Of a stretch of 64,000 nucleotides of DNA, positions 23,218-36,435 are shown piece by piece. The position numbers and the translations under genes were made by a program. The first letter of the stretch is position 1; every line of letters begins with the position of its first letter. Below the pieces are notes generated by a model. It saw only the letters and a program-made list of their open reading frames with translations, had not been told where the DNA came from and searched no databases. Location of the stretch: positions 126,460,824 to 126,524,823 of the forward strand of contig NC_068984.1 of NCBI RefSeq assembly GCF_001194135.2, written 5' to 3'. The DNA comes from Octopus bimaculoides (taxonomy: Eukaryota).

Positions 23218-23370
23218 AGGCATGGCTGTGATGTCAAAAAGCTCACTTTATAATGAAATGGGTTCAGGTTCAGTCCCACTGTGCATCATCTTGAGCACAT
23301 GCCTTTTACTCTAGCCTCAGGCTGATCAAATGTCTTGTGAGTTTGATTGATAGAAACTGCATGGAAGCCC

Positions 23371-23404
<34 letters not shown>

Positions 23405-23990
23405 TCTAAGTTTTACCACTACTCTGCTGTGCAACCAGTGTTTGTTTGTTTACATCTAAAAAAAGAAAAAGTACCAAGATTGATTTGTTTAATTAAAACC
23501 CTTCAGAGTAGTGCCCCAGCATGGCCACAGTCCAGTGGCTGAAACAAGTAAAAGACAGAATGTGGACAATATTCTTGTCATGATTAAGACCATATGGTTT
23601 TTGGTTTACTCCTATTGCACAGCACTTTGGGCATATGTCTTCTACTATAGGTTTGGACTAACTAAAGATTTGTGAGTGGATCTGATTGTCAGAAACTGAA
23701 AGGAGCCCATATCTAACCTGGCCTTGACTTTGTGTGTTAGTTGTAAACAAATGTCACCATCATGCCAGCAGTGTAATTTATTTGCGAGTCTTTTGTGAAA
23801 ACATGTCTGTTCATTGTGCTTGATAAGTCTGGAGGACTATGGGAAATATCAATTTGTTTTCAAACGGGTAAGGGTTGGAAACAAGAAGAACATCCAGTCA
23901 GAATATCTGCTACAAGAAGTTTTGTCTGACTCATGAAAGCATAGAAAAGTGGATATTGAAACAATGATGATGATGATTTTGATGATATGT
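23218..23990 (+). mobile_element. Two consecutive family A SINEs (gaaacaag tail, then RTE-type tail)
   Basis: Heads at ~23218 and ~23575; tails end at ~23555 and ~23980 respectively. Confidence 0.75.
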
Positions 23991-24719
23991 ATATTTATCT
24001 GTTTTAGTAGAGACCATGAATGTGTATGTATTGAATGTGATATATGTAATATTATATTATATTCTCTTGTGAAATACATTGAGTTCTCTCATGTATATAC
24101 CCATTTTCAATGTATACATACACATTAATTGTAAGTTAGCATAATATTAATCATTCATTTATTCATAGCACCATTCTAAGATTATATAGGATTTTCCATA
24201 ATGTCAACAATATCAGAATTTATGCCTTTAAAACATATTGTGATTTTCATTGTATCGAATATTCTTCGAGTTGGAAAATATTTTAGAAATTCTAAATTGC
24301 GAATGATTTTGTTGTCCAGCTTCAATTATCGATTTTTGCCTGCTAAAGAATCCATAAGGATAAAATTAAATTGGTTCAGAATATTTATATTTCTTGTTAT
24401 AATGAATTAATACCATTATCATCATTGTTGTTATTATTTTAATATCTTGTATGAGTCAGATGAAACTCCTTGAAACAGATCTTCTATGGCTAGATGCTCT
24501 TCCTGTCGCCAACCTGTACATGTTTCCAAGCAAGGTAATATTTCTCCTAGTTGTTTGAATGCAGCACAATGGCCAGACATGCTTCTATGAAAGATTGTAA
24601 ATGACATTGCTTGTAAGAAGGTGATGCTTGCATGCTGCTAACATGTTACACCAAGACAAAGAGACACAAACACACACACACACATACACACGCACACACA
24701 CAGATACACACACACATGC

Positions 24720-24902
24720 CTGACAAGTGCACACTACACATCTGTACTCTAGGTGTAACACCCTGGAACTGATCTGACCTACCAGAGCAAAACTTTTTCA
24801 CACATGTGCATGAAGGCTGGCATTACTTCCTGCCCAAAGGATTTTGCCCACACAGCATTAGTTTTGGTGGGAAAAAATTGAATACTTTTTGAATGCACCT
24901 CA
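24720..24902 (-). mobile_element. Mariner-like terminal fragment
   Basis: Minus strand TA-TGAGGTGCATTCAAAAAGTATT, a mariner-type terminal inverted repeat (TIR) start next to a TA. Confidence 0.5.
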
Positions 24903-24959
24903 TACATACATACATACATACATATAAACAAACAAACACACACACATATACAGAGACAT

Positions 24960-25370
24960 ATGTGTTGGAGTTTCAGTTTCTGTCTACCAATTTCACTCAC
25001 AAGGCTTTGTTACACCCCAGGCTACAGTAGAAAACACTTGCCTAAGGTACCACTTATTGGGACTGAATCCAAACTATTGCATGTGAACTTCTTCACCACA
25101 CAGCTATGCCTGCACCTTACACACACACATACATGTAAACACATGTTTACATACACATGAAAACACATGCACATACACATAAATGCATGCACACACATAC
25201 ACATACAACAGCTGGAGACATAGCTATGTAGTTGTGAAGCTTGCTTCTTGACCATGTGGTTCTGGGTTTGGTCCCATTGCATGGCATCTTGGCTAAGCAT
25301 CTTAATCTCAGGCCACTCAATGACTTCTGGGTGGAATTGGTAGACTGAAACTCTACAGGAACCCATCATA
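24960..25370. mobile_element. Head-to-head pair of family A SINE 5' halves
   Basis: 24960-25110 (-) and 25215-25370 (+), separated by a CA-rich tract. Confidence 0.75.
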
Positions 25371-26659
25371 TAAATACACATACACAACACACATATCATC
25401 ATCATCAATGGTGTTTTTTACATGCCACCTGCACAGGAGCCAGTCCAGCGGCACTGGCATACGTACATACATGTGTGTGTGAATGTCAATCATTAACATC
25501 ATCTGAGTTAGAAAGAAAAACAAAAATCAGTGACTGCTTACTTTCTCCAGTAAACATTCCATGTAGTCCAGTGGATATGATAGAATCAGTGGAATGAAAA
25601 ATACTGTACTTCCAAAACAAATAGGGCTTGACTAGAAAAAGTATATGGCCATAGAAAAACTGTGTTAATAAGTTCTGTCTAGCCCATACCAGCTTGGAAG
25701 AAAATGGATGTGAAAGTGATGATGATGATGATGATGATGATAGCAGTGGGGTTGGGTTAAAAAAGATGACAAAACTAGTTGCTGAAGAAAAGGTAAGAAG
25801 ATGAAGAGAAGAGGAAGTCATGGAAAAAGATGAGACAAGAGGAAATTCCAAAACAACTGGTGGTGCAAGAAATGACTTAGAGATGAAACAGAGAGAAGTA
25901 GATGGTAGGGAAGAGAGAAGATGAAGAAGAAATGAGAAAGATGAAGAAAAAGAGAACAGGAAAATGATGAAGAAGAGATATAACAAGGTGAAGATGAGAA
26001 ATGAAGTTGAAGAAGAAAGAATTAGGTGGTGGTGGTAAAGAATGAGTTTGGTGAAGATAAACAAAAAAGAAAGACAATATTTCTCAGCTGTGTGTGTCCA
26101 ATTCAATTTATTTGGCGTTAAACAGCAATTTTCAGTGAAATTAATGACCTACTCTCCTTTAGGCGACTTACCAAACATTGCCATTCTCTTAATCTCTTCA
26201 TCTATGTTCCTTCATTATCCACTGCTTCCTGATTTAAGTCAAAGCTGTAGTTCTCTCTGTTCTTCTCGTCTTTTTATGAGTGTTATCTGTGATTCTAGTT
26301 TTGTTATGTATTTACTAATGTTCTACCTCTGTGTAATAAGCTGCAAAGCTGTTTTCATTGATCTAATATTAACACAGCCATGTCAATGCTGTTTTAGCTA
26401 ACTTGTTTCTCTGTACACACACACACATACACACACATCTATATGTATCTAGGTGTGTCCATCATGTACATATATGTGTAATGTGTGTACAAATGTGTAT
26501 CTGTGTATAACTGTTCCTGTTTGTATTCTGTCTGCTTATATCTGTAACTTTGTCTGCATTTGTGTCCAAGAGTGTTGTATATGTCTTATATACATGATAG
26601 AATAGATACAGTAAGTCAGTGGAGGAATGATAAGTAACAAAGAGGTTTATGTTTCATAT

Positions 26660-27065
26660 TTTGGCATTGTATTATTCCCAAGGCCAACAACACCTAACTG
26701 TCATCAGTGCTGCTATATGGTACGGCTCTTTGTACTGTGTTTATTATAACCAAGACACTTAACTGTCAATGGTCCAATTCAAGTTGTAAGCAGGTATCAC
26801 ATTATAGTATATTTCACTGTGTTGTATTGTATCCCAAATACGTAACTGTTGTAAGGAGGAACCACATTGTGGTATAGTCCACTGTACTGTATCCAAGGCC
26901 AAGAAACTTAATCGTTAATAGTCCAGTTCACCTAGTTGTAAGTATATTGTTCTACAGTGTAATACAGGCCATTCTACTCTGTCCATGGCCAAATCATTTA
27001 ACTTTTAGCAACTTAGTCTACTTCGCTGTAAGTAGGTACCATAATATGATATAGATTCACTGATA
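26660..27065. repeat. Old degenerate tandem repeat, unit ~80-90 bp, 4-5 copies
   Basis: Recurrent actgt..ccaaggccaa..cttaactgt..agttgtaag(t/c)aggta..atatag blocks near 26668, 26745, 26880 and 26970. Confidence 0.6.
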
Positions 27066-27763
27066 TTAGTAGTGACTGTAACATAGCATTGACAGATATT
27101 TTGTTGGGTTGCAGAATGGGATTTTGTTCTACTTGCTTTCTAAAGTTACCTATGGGATACTAGCTTCCTATCCTTGAGAAGTTTTAACTCTCATGTATCA
27201 AAATATCAGATAAGCACTGGCCCTATAAATCTTTGATTTGAAACTGGATTGACTTATATATGCGGTTATATTGAAAAATTGCTGTTTCAAAAAAGATAGC
27301 AATACAGTTTTAACTGTGCTCAGAACTCTATATAAATCTAAGTATATCCACCCTTCAATCAACATAACTTTGCCATCCAATTTTCTTTTGGTGTTATAAT
27401 CATTTTAGTAATTTACTGAGTGTATATCTGAGAGTAGAATAAAACAGGAGAGTTAGTTAAACCCTTCATTATAACATCATAAATTACATAATATTTACAT
27501 GTGTTTCACTAGCATATACTAGTATGTTGTGTTGTAATCGTTACAAAGACAATTGCACAGTCACCTCAGAGGAAATAGTAATTTAATCTATTGTTAATTG
27601 CCAACCTCAGTAAAACAGAGCTGGCATTCTAAGGTGACTATGCAATCATTTATGTAACAATTGTTATATAACATACTAATATATGTTAGTGAAACATGCG
27701 TAAAGATTATGTAGTATATGAAGTTATAATAAAGAGTTTAACCAAATCTGTTTTATTTTGCTC

Positions 27764-27807
<44 letters not shown>

Positions 27808-27829
27808 ATTAGGTATAGGGATGGATATA

Positions 27830-27992
27830 GGTGCAGGCATGGTTATGTGGTTAATAGGCTTACTTCCTAACCACATGGTTTTGGGTTCAGTCCCACTGTA
27901 TTGCACCTTGGGCAAATGTTTTTAATGATAGCATTGGACCAACTAAAGCGTTGTTAGTGGATCTGGTAGACAGAAGCTGAAAGAAATCCATC

Positions 27993-28025
<33 letters not shown>

Positions 28026-28130
28026 GATATATTGCATGAGTGTACATGGGTGTATGTGTGTTTGTCTCCTTTTTTCTTGACATGATGCAATTGTTGTAAA
28101 CAAGTGTCATCGTCATACAAACAGTCTGTA
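27830..28130 (+). mobile_element. SINE family A
   Basis: ggttatgtggttaataggcttacttcctaaccacatggttttgggttcagtcccactg.. head and internal (CA)n. Confidence 0.78.
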
Positions 28131-28869
28131 GCATTGGACCAAGGGCAGTCTCAGGTGGGTTAGTATCAAAAGGGTTAATTGCACTTCAAAACTGTTCCCT
28201 GCTTTAAGGACCACACTTCATTTTCTGAATGTTTCACATCTTTTGGAAATCTACAAAATGAACTGACAATTGTTCTAACTTTATTAATGACATCATCTAT
28301 GCTTAATTTTCTTCTATGGAAAGGTCCTTCCTTTTCTATGCTTGCATGGACGAAAGATAGATTTTCTGCTCCAGCTGATAACATTCATGCAGTGAGATTG
28401 AACCCCTAACAACATGGTTCTGAAGCAAATTTCTTAACCACATTTCATGCCTCTGCATCTGTAATAATCATATCAATGCTCTCTAATATTGGCAAAGGAG
28501 AAATTCTGAGTAATGGTTATTTTGATTAAAGCAACTCCAGTAATTAGCTGGTACTTATTTTATCAACACTGGAAAGATGAAAGGGAGAGTTTAACCAAGT
28601 GGGATTTGAACTCAGAAAAGAGGTGTAACTAAATACCCCAAGGCATTTTATTTATTGTTGTACCTATTCTGCCAATCCCTGCATAATATGATAATGATGA
28701 TATGATAATTTGTAACGTTAGCTCAACAGGAGACATTTTATGGCTAGAGGAGAGAGACAGAGAGGTAAGCTATTAAATCAAGCAGAGTACTTGACTGGTA
28801 CTTATTCCATAATTTAATGGTATCCTGATATTGTAAAATTCTCCCTGATATCAATATTCATTATCAATA

Positions 28870-29370
28870 TATCACTACCTCCACCTTCACCAACACTGCC
28901 ATCACCACCACCATACAACTCAACTACGACAATATACCATCAAAGCCACCACCAGCACGATCACCATGACAGCACTCACAGCACACCACAGCATACCTTC
29001 TCCCCCCCCCCCCCACAATAGACCACAGGCATAACAACACTCCACCGGCTCTGAAACGTTTCACTACAATAACAAGACACCACTGCCACCAACACCACTA
29101 CTACCACTACCAGCTCCACCACAGCACAACAACCTCATGATAACACACTACCGCCATCACAACCTGCTGCCAACACTACAACAATAGCAACCACAAACTG
29201 CCACCACCATCAGCACAACACACCACCAGCACAACACACCACCAGCACAACACACCACCAGCACAACACACCACCAGCACTATAACACAAAGTCACCACC
29301 ACCACCATTTTCACAATGTTCCTCATTGCGGGCCCACCACCACCACCACTACCACCATCATTATCATCAG
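28870..29370. repeat. (CAC/ACC)-rich low-complexity tract with a 20-bp unit in triplicate
   Basis: caccaccagcacaacacac-type unit repeated at 29210-29285; a similar tract at 32100-32800. Confidence 0.8.
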
Positions 29371-29568
29371 AGAAAGAATAAATATATAATCTGATTATTT
29401 ATCTTTGAATCAAGTTTCTCTACTCAAATTTTCCATTCTGTTTATTGTATTTCCAATTTCAGTAAGATATTGTATAGATAAACAATGAATATTATATATA
29501 TGTATGTATGTGTGTGAATGGTATCATATATATGTTTCTAAGAATGGTATTATTCATATGTATATGAA

Positions 29569-29798
29569 TAGCTTTATATATATATATATATAATAGCTTT
29601 ATATATATATATATATAATAGCTTTATATATATATATATATAATAGCTTTATATATATATATATATAATAGCTTTATATATATGTATGTATATAATAGCT
29701 TTATATATATGTATGTATATAATAGCTTTATATATATATGTATGTATATATAATAGCTTTATATATATATGTGTATATATATAATAGCTTTATATATA

Positions 29799-29831
<33 letters not shown>

Positions 29832-29886
29832 GTATATAAATAGCTTTATCTATCTATATGTGTATGTGTGTTTGTGTATGAATAGC

Positions 29887-29960
<74 letters not shown>

Positions 29961-29964
29961 GCTT

Positions 29965-29965
<1 letters not shown>
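29569..29965. repeat. Compound minisatellite atagcttt(at)n, ~13 copies
   Basis: aatagcttt recurs every ~24-30 bp, separated by (TA)n spacers that drift to tatg/tgtg; one unit carries a long (CA)n. Confidence 0.9.
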
Positions 29966-29995
<30 letters not shown>

Positions 29996-30701
29996 ATGAA
30001 TAGTTTCATACACACACACATATAAGGGGAGGGAGGGGGAGACACACGAACAGCTCTCAGGGATATTCTGATAGATATGGAACAGAGAAAGCAGTTCAAT
30101 GTATATACACAGCTCTCAAGGACATAGTGATAGATAAGCAACAAGGAATAATAGAGCACGTACTCAGTTTGGAATAAGCATTCACATTTCTATGATTAGT
30201 AAACTGATTATAACAACAGTTGTAATTGTTGTTTAGCCCTGGGTCAGCTTTGATCCCGCAAACTTTATTATCAAAGTAGTTTCAGTTGTAACCATCCCAT
30301 CTCTTATTCAGACATAGCTTATCTAGGACTATCAATAAATGTAGCTGAGAGGTAACATCTCCAGAGACTGCTCTGCATATGAATTACAATTATGGTAGGA
30401 TCTTAACAAATGTAATATTGTAAGTTGAACGACTATGATCAACTCAGATTATCTGAGTGATTAGTTGACAAAATCTTCCTCTAGGAGAGTATTTAAAAAT
30501 CTAAAAATCTAGCAAGGAAGATCACTTCAATGTGATCAGTTAATTGAAATTTTTGGACAGTGCGGTTAAGAAGCTCACCATACAGCTGCATGGTTTTGAG
30601 TTCAGTCCCACTGCATAGCAGCTTAGACAACCGTCTTCTCTAGCACTGGACTGACTCAATGTTTTGAGAGTGAATTTGGTAGACAGAAACTGTTTGGATG
30701 C

Positions 30702-30745
<44 letters not shown>

Positions 30746-30845
30746 TTATCTATCTATCTAACCATTCATTTATCTATCTATGCAATCATGTATTTATGTG
30801 TGTATATATGTGTCTGTCTGTCTATCTATATATCTCTCTCTCTTC

Positions 30846-31266
30846 ACTCTTTTACTCTTTTACATGTTTCAGTCATTTGACTGCGGCCATGCTGGAGCAC
30901 TGCCTTTAGTCGAATCAAATTGACCCCAGGACTTATTCTTTGTAAGCCTAGTACTTATTCTATCGGTCTCTTTTTGCCTAACCGCTAAGCTACGGGGACA
31001 TAAACACACCAGCATCGGTTGTCAAGTGATGTTGGGGGGACAACCACAGATACACAACATATACACACATACATATATATATGTATACATATATATATGT
31101 ATACATATATACGACGGGCTTCTTTCAGTTTCCGTCTACCAAATCCACTCACAAGGCTTTGGTCGGCCTGAGGCTATAGTAGAAGACACTTGCCCAAGGT
31201 GCCACGCAGTGGGACTGAACCCGGAACCATGTGGTTGGTAAGCAAGCTACTTACCACACAGCCACT
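30846..31266 (-). mobile_element. Full-length young SINE family A
   Basis: Near-identical to 2094-2494; both ORF-track entries share IYDGLLSVSVYQIHSQGFGRPEAIVEDTCPRCHAVGLNPEPCGW. Confidence 0.92.
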
Positions 31267-31527
31267 ATCCTTTCATCTATCTGTCTGTGTGTCTGTCTTT
31301 GTGCCTGTCCCCTTCACTACTTGATAACTAGTGTTAGCTTGTCTATGTTTTTGTAACTTAGTGGTTTGGCAAAAAGGACCAATATAATAAGTACCAAACT
31401 TTAAAAAAATAGTACTGGGGTCAATTTCAAGGTGGTACCCCCCTCCCCCAGCATGGCCACAGTCCAATGACTGGAGCAAGTAAAAAAGCAAAAGATGGGT
31501 AAAAGATAATATAGATAATGCATTTCT

Positions 31528-31739
31528 TTTCTACTGTAGGCACAAGGCCTGAAATTTTGGGGGAGGGGGCCAGTCAATTAGATCGATCCCAGTATGCAAC
31601 TGGTACTTAATTTATCATACCCGAAAGGATGAAAGGCAAAGTTGACCTCAGTGGAATTTGAACTCAGAATGTAAAGACAGACGAAATACCGCGAAGTATT
31701 TTGCCTGGCGTGCTAACATTTCTGCTAGCTCGCCACCTT
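31528..31739 (-). mobile_element. Full-length SINE family C with 17-bp TSD
   Basis: Flanked by atagataatgcatttct at 31511-31527 and 31740-31756; central gcctttcatcctttcggg..aattaagtaccag domain (Sauria/Meta-like, from memory). Confidence 0.9.
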
Positions 31740-31789
31740 ATAGATAATGCATTTCTGCCGCCACGATAGCATTGACCATCAGCACCACC

Positions 31790-32110
31790 AAAAGGGGCAT
31801 TGGTACTGGTGCCATGTAAAAATCCCTGTTGCTGGTGTCAGTTAAAATGCACTGGTGCTGGTGCCTTATAAAAAGCACTGGTAATGGTGCCACATAAAAA
31901 TCACTGGTGGTGGTGCTATGTAAAAATTGCTGGTGGTGGTGCCATGTAAAAAGCCTCCTGGTCCAGTCTGTAAAGTGGTTGGCATTAGGATGGGCATCCA
32001 GCTGTTGAAATCAAGTCAAACAGACTATTGAACCTGGTGCAGCTCCTGGCTATGCCAGTTCCTGTCGGTTCATCCAACCTATGCCAGCACGGACAGTAAA
32101 TGTTGGTGTT
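31790..32110 (+). mobile_element. Family D element with internal ggtgccatgtaaaaa repeats
   Basis: Tandem ctggtgg(t)gcca(t/c)gtaaaaa units, then aaagtggttggcattaggatgggcatccagctg..ccatgccagcacgg tail. Confidence 0.75.
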
Positions 32111-33000
32111 GATGGAGGTGATGTGGTGTGGTGTAGTGTGGCTGGCAGTGGTGGTAGAGTTGTTGGTAGTGGTGGTAGAGTTGTTGGTAGTGGTGGTGGT
32201 TTTAGTGTTGTTGTAAATGATGATGATGATAATGATGATGACCATACCATATCACAATAACAATGCTATTGTTATATGCCACCAATTCCACCCCCACCTC
32301 TACTACTACTGCTACTACTGCTGCTGCTATCACTACTGCAATATTACCATCACTATGATGTAAGCTATCACCATAAGATACCACCACCACTACATCTTTT
32401 ACTATGTCTTTGTGACCATCACCACCTCTACTAATGTTACCATTACCACCACCACCACTAGTATATTACTATTCCCATTTCCTTTTACATCACTACCACT
32501 GCTATCTATACTGCTAACACCATCACCACTAACAATTACCTCATCCATTACTACTATTTCACTACTGCCACCAACACCATCATCAACACCACCATCACTA
32601 CTAACACCACCACCACCAACAACAACAACACTACCACCACTGCCAGCCACACTACACCACACCACACCACACCACACCAACTCCATCAACACAACACTAC
32701 TACCACTACTACTAATAACATCATCATCATCGTCACTGTTATATCATCACTGATACTACTGCCACTGTACTCACACCACCACCTCCACCCTAATCACCAC
32801 ACCTATACTGTAATTACAGATGTATTCTCAATCAGCTATGGAGTTCTTTTATCATTGAGTAAAGCAGGATGGGGTATTGACAAGAAGCACAACTTCCTTG
32901 ACAACAACAAGGAAAAGTTTTGTCAATCAAGTTACAAACCCATTGGGAAACATGTAGTGGACAGTGTGTATGCATGTGTACATATGTGTGTGGGGGGGGG

Positions 33001-33126
33001 AGAAAGAAAGAGCGGGGGAGAAAGAAAGAGCGGGGGAGAAAGAAAGAGCGGGGGAGAAAGAAAGAGCGGGGGAGAAAGAAAGAGCGGGGGAGAAAGAAAG
33101 AGCGGGGGAGAAAGAAAGAGCGGGGG
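33001..33126 (+). repeat. Perfect 18-bp minisatellite (agaaagaaagagcggggg) x7
   Basis: Seven exact copies; source of the GGERKS/GRKKER ORFs. Confidence 0.97.
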
Positions 33127-35076
33127 AGAAATAGAGAAGAGATGGTGAAATGGAGGGAATGTGTGTGACTATATGTATGCATATGTGTAAATATATGTGA
33201 CTGTGTGTGTGTCACATATATTAATTTGTGTGTGTGTGTGTGTGTGTGTGAAACAAAGATGAAGAGAATGTGTATCAGTGTGTGTGTGTGTGTGCATGTT
33301 TGTTTGTGAGAGAATGATAATGTGGCTGAAGTTGAGAGAGAATGTGTGAGTTCGTGTATGCATGAGAATGGATGCATGTGGGTATGTGCATTAGTAAAAT
33401 AATGGGAGCACAAGGAGAGTTGGGTGTATGTGAGTGCATATAAATGCATGTGTATGAATGCACATGCATATGTATGCATGTTGGTGCTAGCAAAAAATAG
33501 GAAGGTAATGTGTTTGTACATGCATGTACGTGTGTGCAGACATGTTCTGTGCATGTGTGTGTGTATGTGCATAACTTTGTAGGAATGCATGTGTGAGGGA
33601 GAGAAAGAAAGTGTGCATATGCATGTCTTTGTCTGAATGCATGTATGAGGGAGTGTTTGTGTGCATGTTGAGTGCAAACGTCTGTGGACATGTGTGCATG
33701 AGAGAGAGAGACAGAGACAAGCAGAGAGTATGCATGTCTGTGTTAATGCATGCATGAGAGAGAGCATGTGTGCATATGCATGTCTTTGTGTGAATGCATG
33801 TATGTCTATGAATGTATATGAAAATATGTATGTATGCATGTATATATAAATGTATGCATGTGTGTGTCAGAGGGAGAAAGTGAGATGTTGTATGTACACG
33901 TGGTATCTTCATGTATTAATGGCCTGAAGCAATGATTTTTCTGCAAACTGGGAAAGGAGACATGATGCAGTTCTGCCATGTGGTCCATGATGATGGAGTT
34001 GGTGCAGACAGTGCCAGGAAAACAACAACAGAGGTGATTGTAAATTGTACACAAACATTATTGTATGGTTGCAGAGAGAGAGAGACAGAGAGACAGACTT
34101 TGTGTGCGTATAGAAGACCTTCAGAAGTGAGTGTTTTCAGAAATGGACAGAAAAGAAAGCAATTGAAGACTCTCCAAGACTCTCCAAGACTCTCCACAAA
34201 CATTTACCTTCCAGGCATAATAGAGTCCCCCACCTCTTCACTCAATCACCTTTTCTTTCAATGCATTATTTGATTTTAAATGTGTGTGTGTATACGTTTG
34301 CAAGTGTGAGTGTATAAATTATATTATGGAGGGATATTTGTAAATATGTATGGGTGGTGGTGTTGTTGTTGACACTTATAGTTATTTCCCTCTTTTAATT
34401 TTAACAACTTGTGTGTTATTGCCTGCTTTTGTCAATTTGAATACTGGTTTGTATTGCTTATTTTATTGTTAGGTTTCATATTACTATTATTGTTATTGTT
34501 GGTGTTGTTTGTTATCATCATCATCATCACTGTGATGAACCACTACAAAGATGCATGCTAGTTAATTCCAGGCAGACATTTGTTGGTTTTCTTGCAACAC
34601 TCTGCCTGATTGTTTGAGAGGGTAATAGTGGACCTTTCAACTAATATTATTAGTGCGTAATTGAATTGCTGGTGCTCCCTAGTCTGTAGTTCTTGTTTGA
34701 TGCCAATGTGAAAAATCAGCATTATTTTGGTTAAGCTTTTTGTTATCATATTTCTGCTGAAATGCATTTCTTTTGTTTCAATTAATTTTGAAAATAATGA
34801 ATTTTAGTAAAATAACTGTCAAGATTAAACTGGTGTTAGGAACATAAATTAACCTGAAATTTTAAAGGTAGGTTTTAGTTTAGATTACATTAAAACAAGA
34901 AGTTTATATCATAGAACCAGAGGTAATCACAGGCAGGTTGATANNNNNNNNNNNNNNNNNNNNNNNNNNNNNNNNNNNNNNNNNNNNNNNNNNNNNNNNN
35001 NNNNNNNNNNNNNNNNNNNNNNNNNNNNNNNNNNNNNNNNNNNNNNNNNNNNNNNNNNNNNNNNNNNNNNNNNNNN

Positions 35077-35112
<36 letters not shown>

Positions 35113-36069
35113 TGTGTGTGTATATATATGTGTGTGTGTGTGTGCATGTATATATGTATATGTGTGCATATATGTGTGTGTGTGTGTATATATGTATGTG
35201 TATTTATATGTGTATACTAGCCAACAGATCCTCAGAAACAATAATTACTCAATGAGTGGTACTCCACTAGCTACTCATCAGACCAGTAATACTTTAGTTA
35301 GGCCAGATCTGGCCTGTTTGAACATAAAGCAGGTTGAAAATTTTGGGCTGGTTATGGCTGGTTTAAATGCTAAAGGGTTAAGGATTAAGGCAGCTAGAAG
35401 TAGATCTGGATGCTGTGTGTGACCATAGAGTTTCATTATATTCTTAGCCTTCCACAGAGTTTGTTGGGATAACCCTTTTGACTGATGAGTCTATTGCTGG
35501 TCTTACCCGCTAACTTCTCTGTAGTTTTAATATGTACAGTAGAAATGCTTTGACTCAAGGAAGGTTTGAGATTCAGAGGCCAACCTCACCTTATTTAGTT
35601 CATCTGTTTATCTAAGTGGTTTGCAGCTGTGAGGTTAGTGTGATTTGTTATAGTTGGTAGTATGTCGTTAGTTACAGCTGCTAGAATTACTTATATTAAG
35701 GTTACGTAATAGTTAACTATTTTGATGCTTATAAATTAGAATTAACAAATGTTTAACGAAAGAAGTAAGAGTCCAAGAAAACCAGTTATGGTCTGTAGAT
35801 ATAAAATAAAGAAAATATTAATTATCATCAGTTGTTCCTTAATGAATTGTTGAATATTCTCTTTTGTTTATATGAAAAACATATAGTACACACACACACA
35901 CACATCTTTATATGTATGCATGTGTGTGTCTAATCCTGTCTTGTTTATATTAAAAGCATATAATGCATATACATGTATGTGTATGTATATATATATATGT
36001 ATATCTTTATATTTATGTATGTGTACATATATATGTATTTAAACACATGCACAACTATACAATATATAC

Positions 36070-36114
<45 letters not shown>

Positions 36115-36435
36115 CATTTGTACATCTTTCCATTTAGAAGAATAAACTTGCTTTTCTGGTTTTATTTCAGTATGAATTAGATTGGAAATAAAAAGCAAGA
36201 ATGAGTGTATATAGGCTTTCATGAGATGAAAGCTATAAAGGTGCATCATGAGAGGGAGGTGTTGATCCCAAGGTCAGCCTCAATTGAGCAGACTTTGAAC
36301 AAAGATATTCTAACCATGACTTTCCTTCCTCTTTTCGTGTAGCAGGACGCATTTGGTCCAATGTGTCCTTTGTTTAAGATGGTAGCATGTTATTTGAGAA
36401 AGATATAGCTGCTATGTTTAACAGGCTGAGTTAGT

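Noticed and set aside
25486-26106. 206-aa Ser/Phe/Leu-rich ORF
   Set aside because: Reverse complement of a GA-rich low-complexity tract; the plus strand has stops in the acidic-looking frame.
28175-28384. ORF with DDVINKVRTIVSSFCRFP, faintly like hAT transposases
   Set aside because: The N-terminal part overlaps an RTE-type repeat tail and the similarity is too short to support; a tBLASTn hit to hAT proteins would be needed.
29569-33126. CRISPR-like repeat-spacer arrays (29569-29965, 33001-33126)
   Set aside because: Eukaryotic context; spacers are microsatellite or absent and there are no cas genes.
32832-33912. Longest gap-free ORFs (335 aa, 138 aa, 141 aa; His/Thr-rich)
   Set aside because: Translations of degenerate (CA)n/(GT)n and the 18-bp array; open in several frames with no domain signature.
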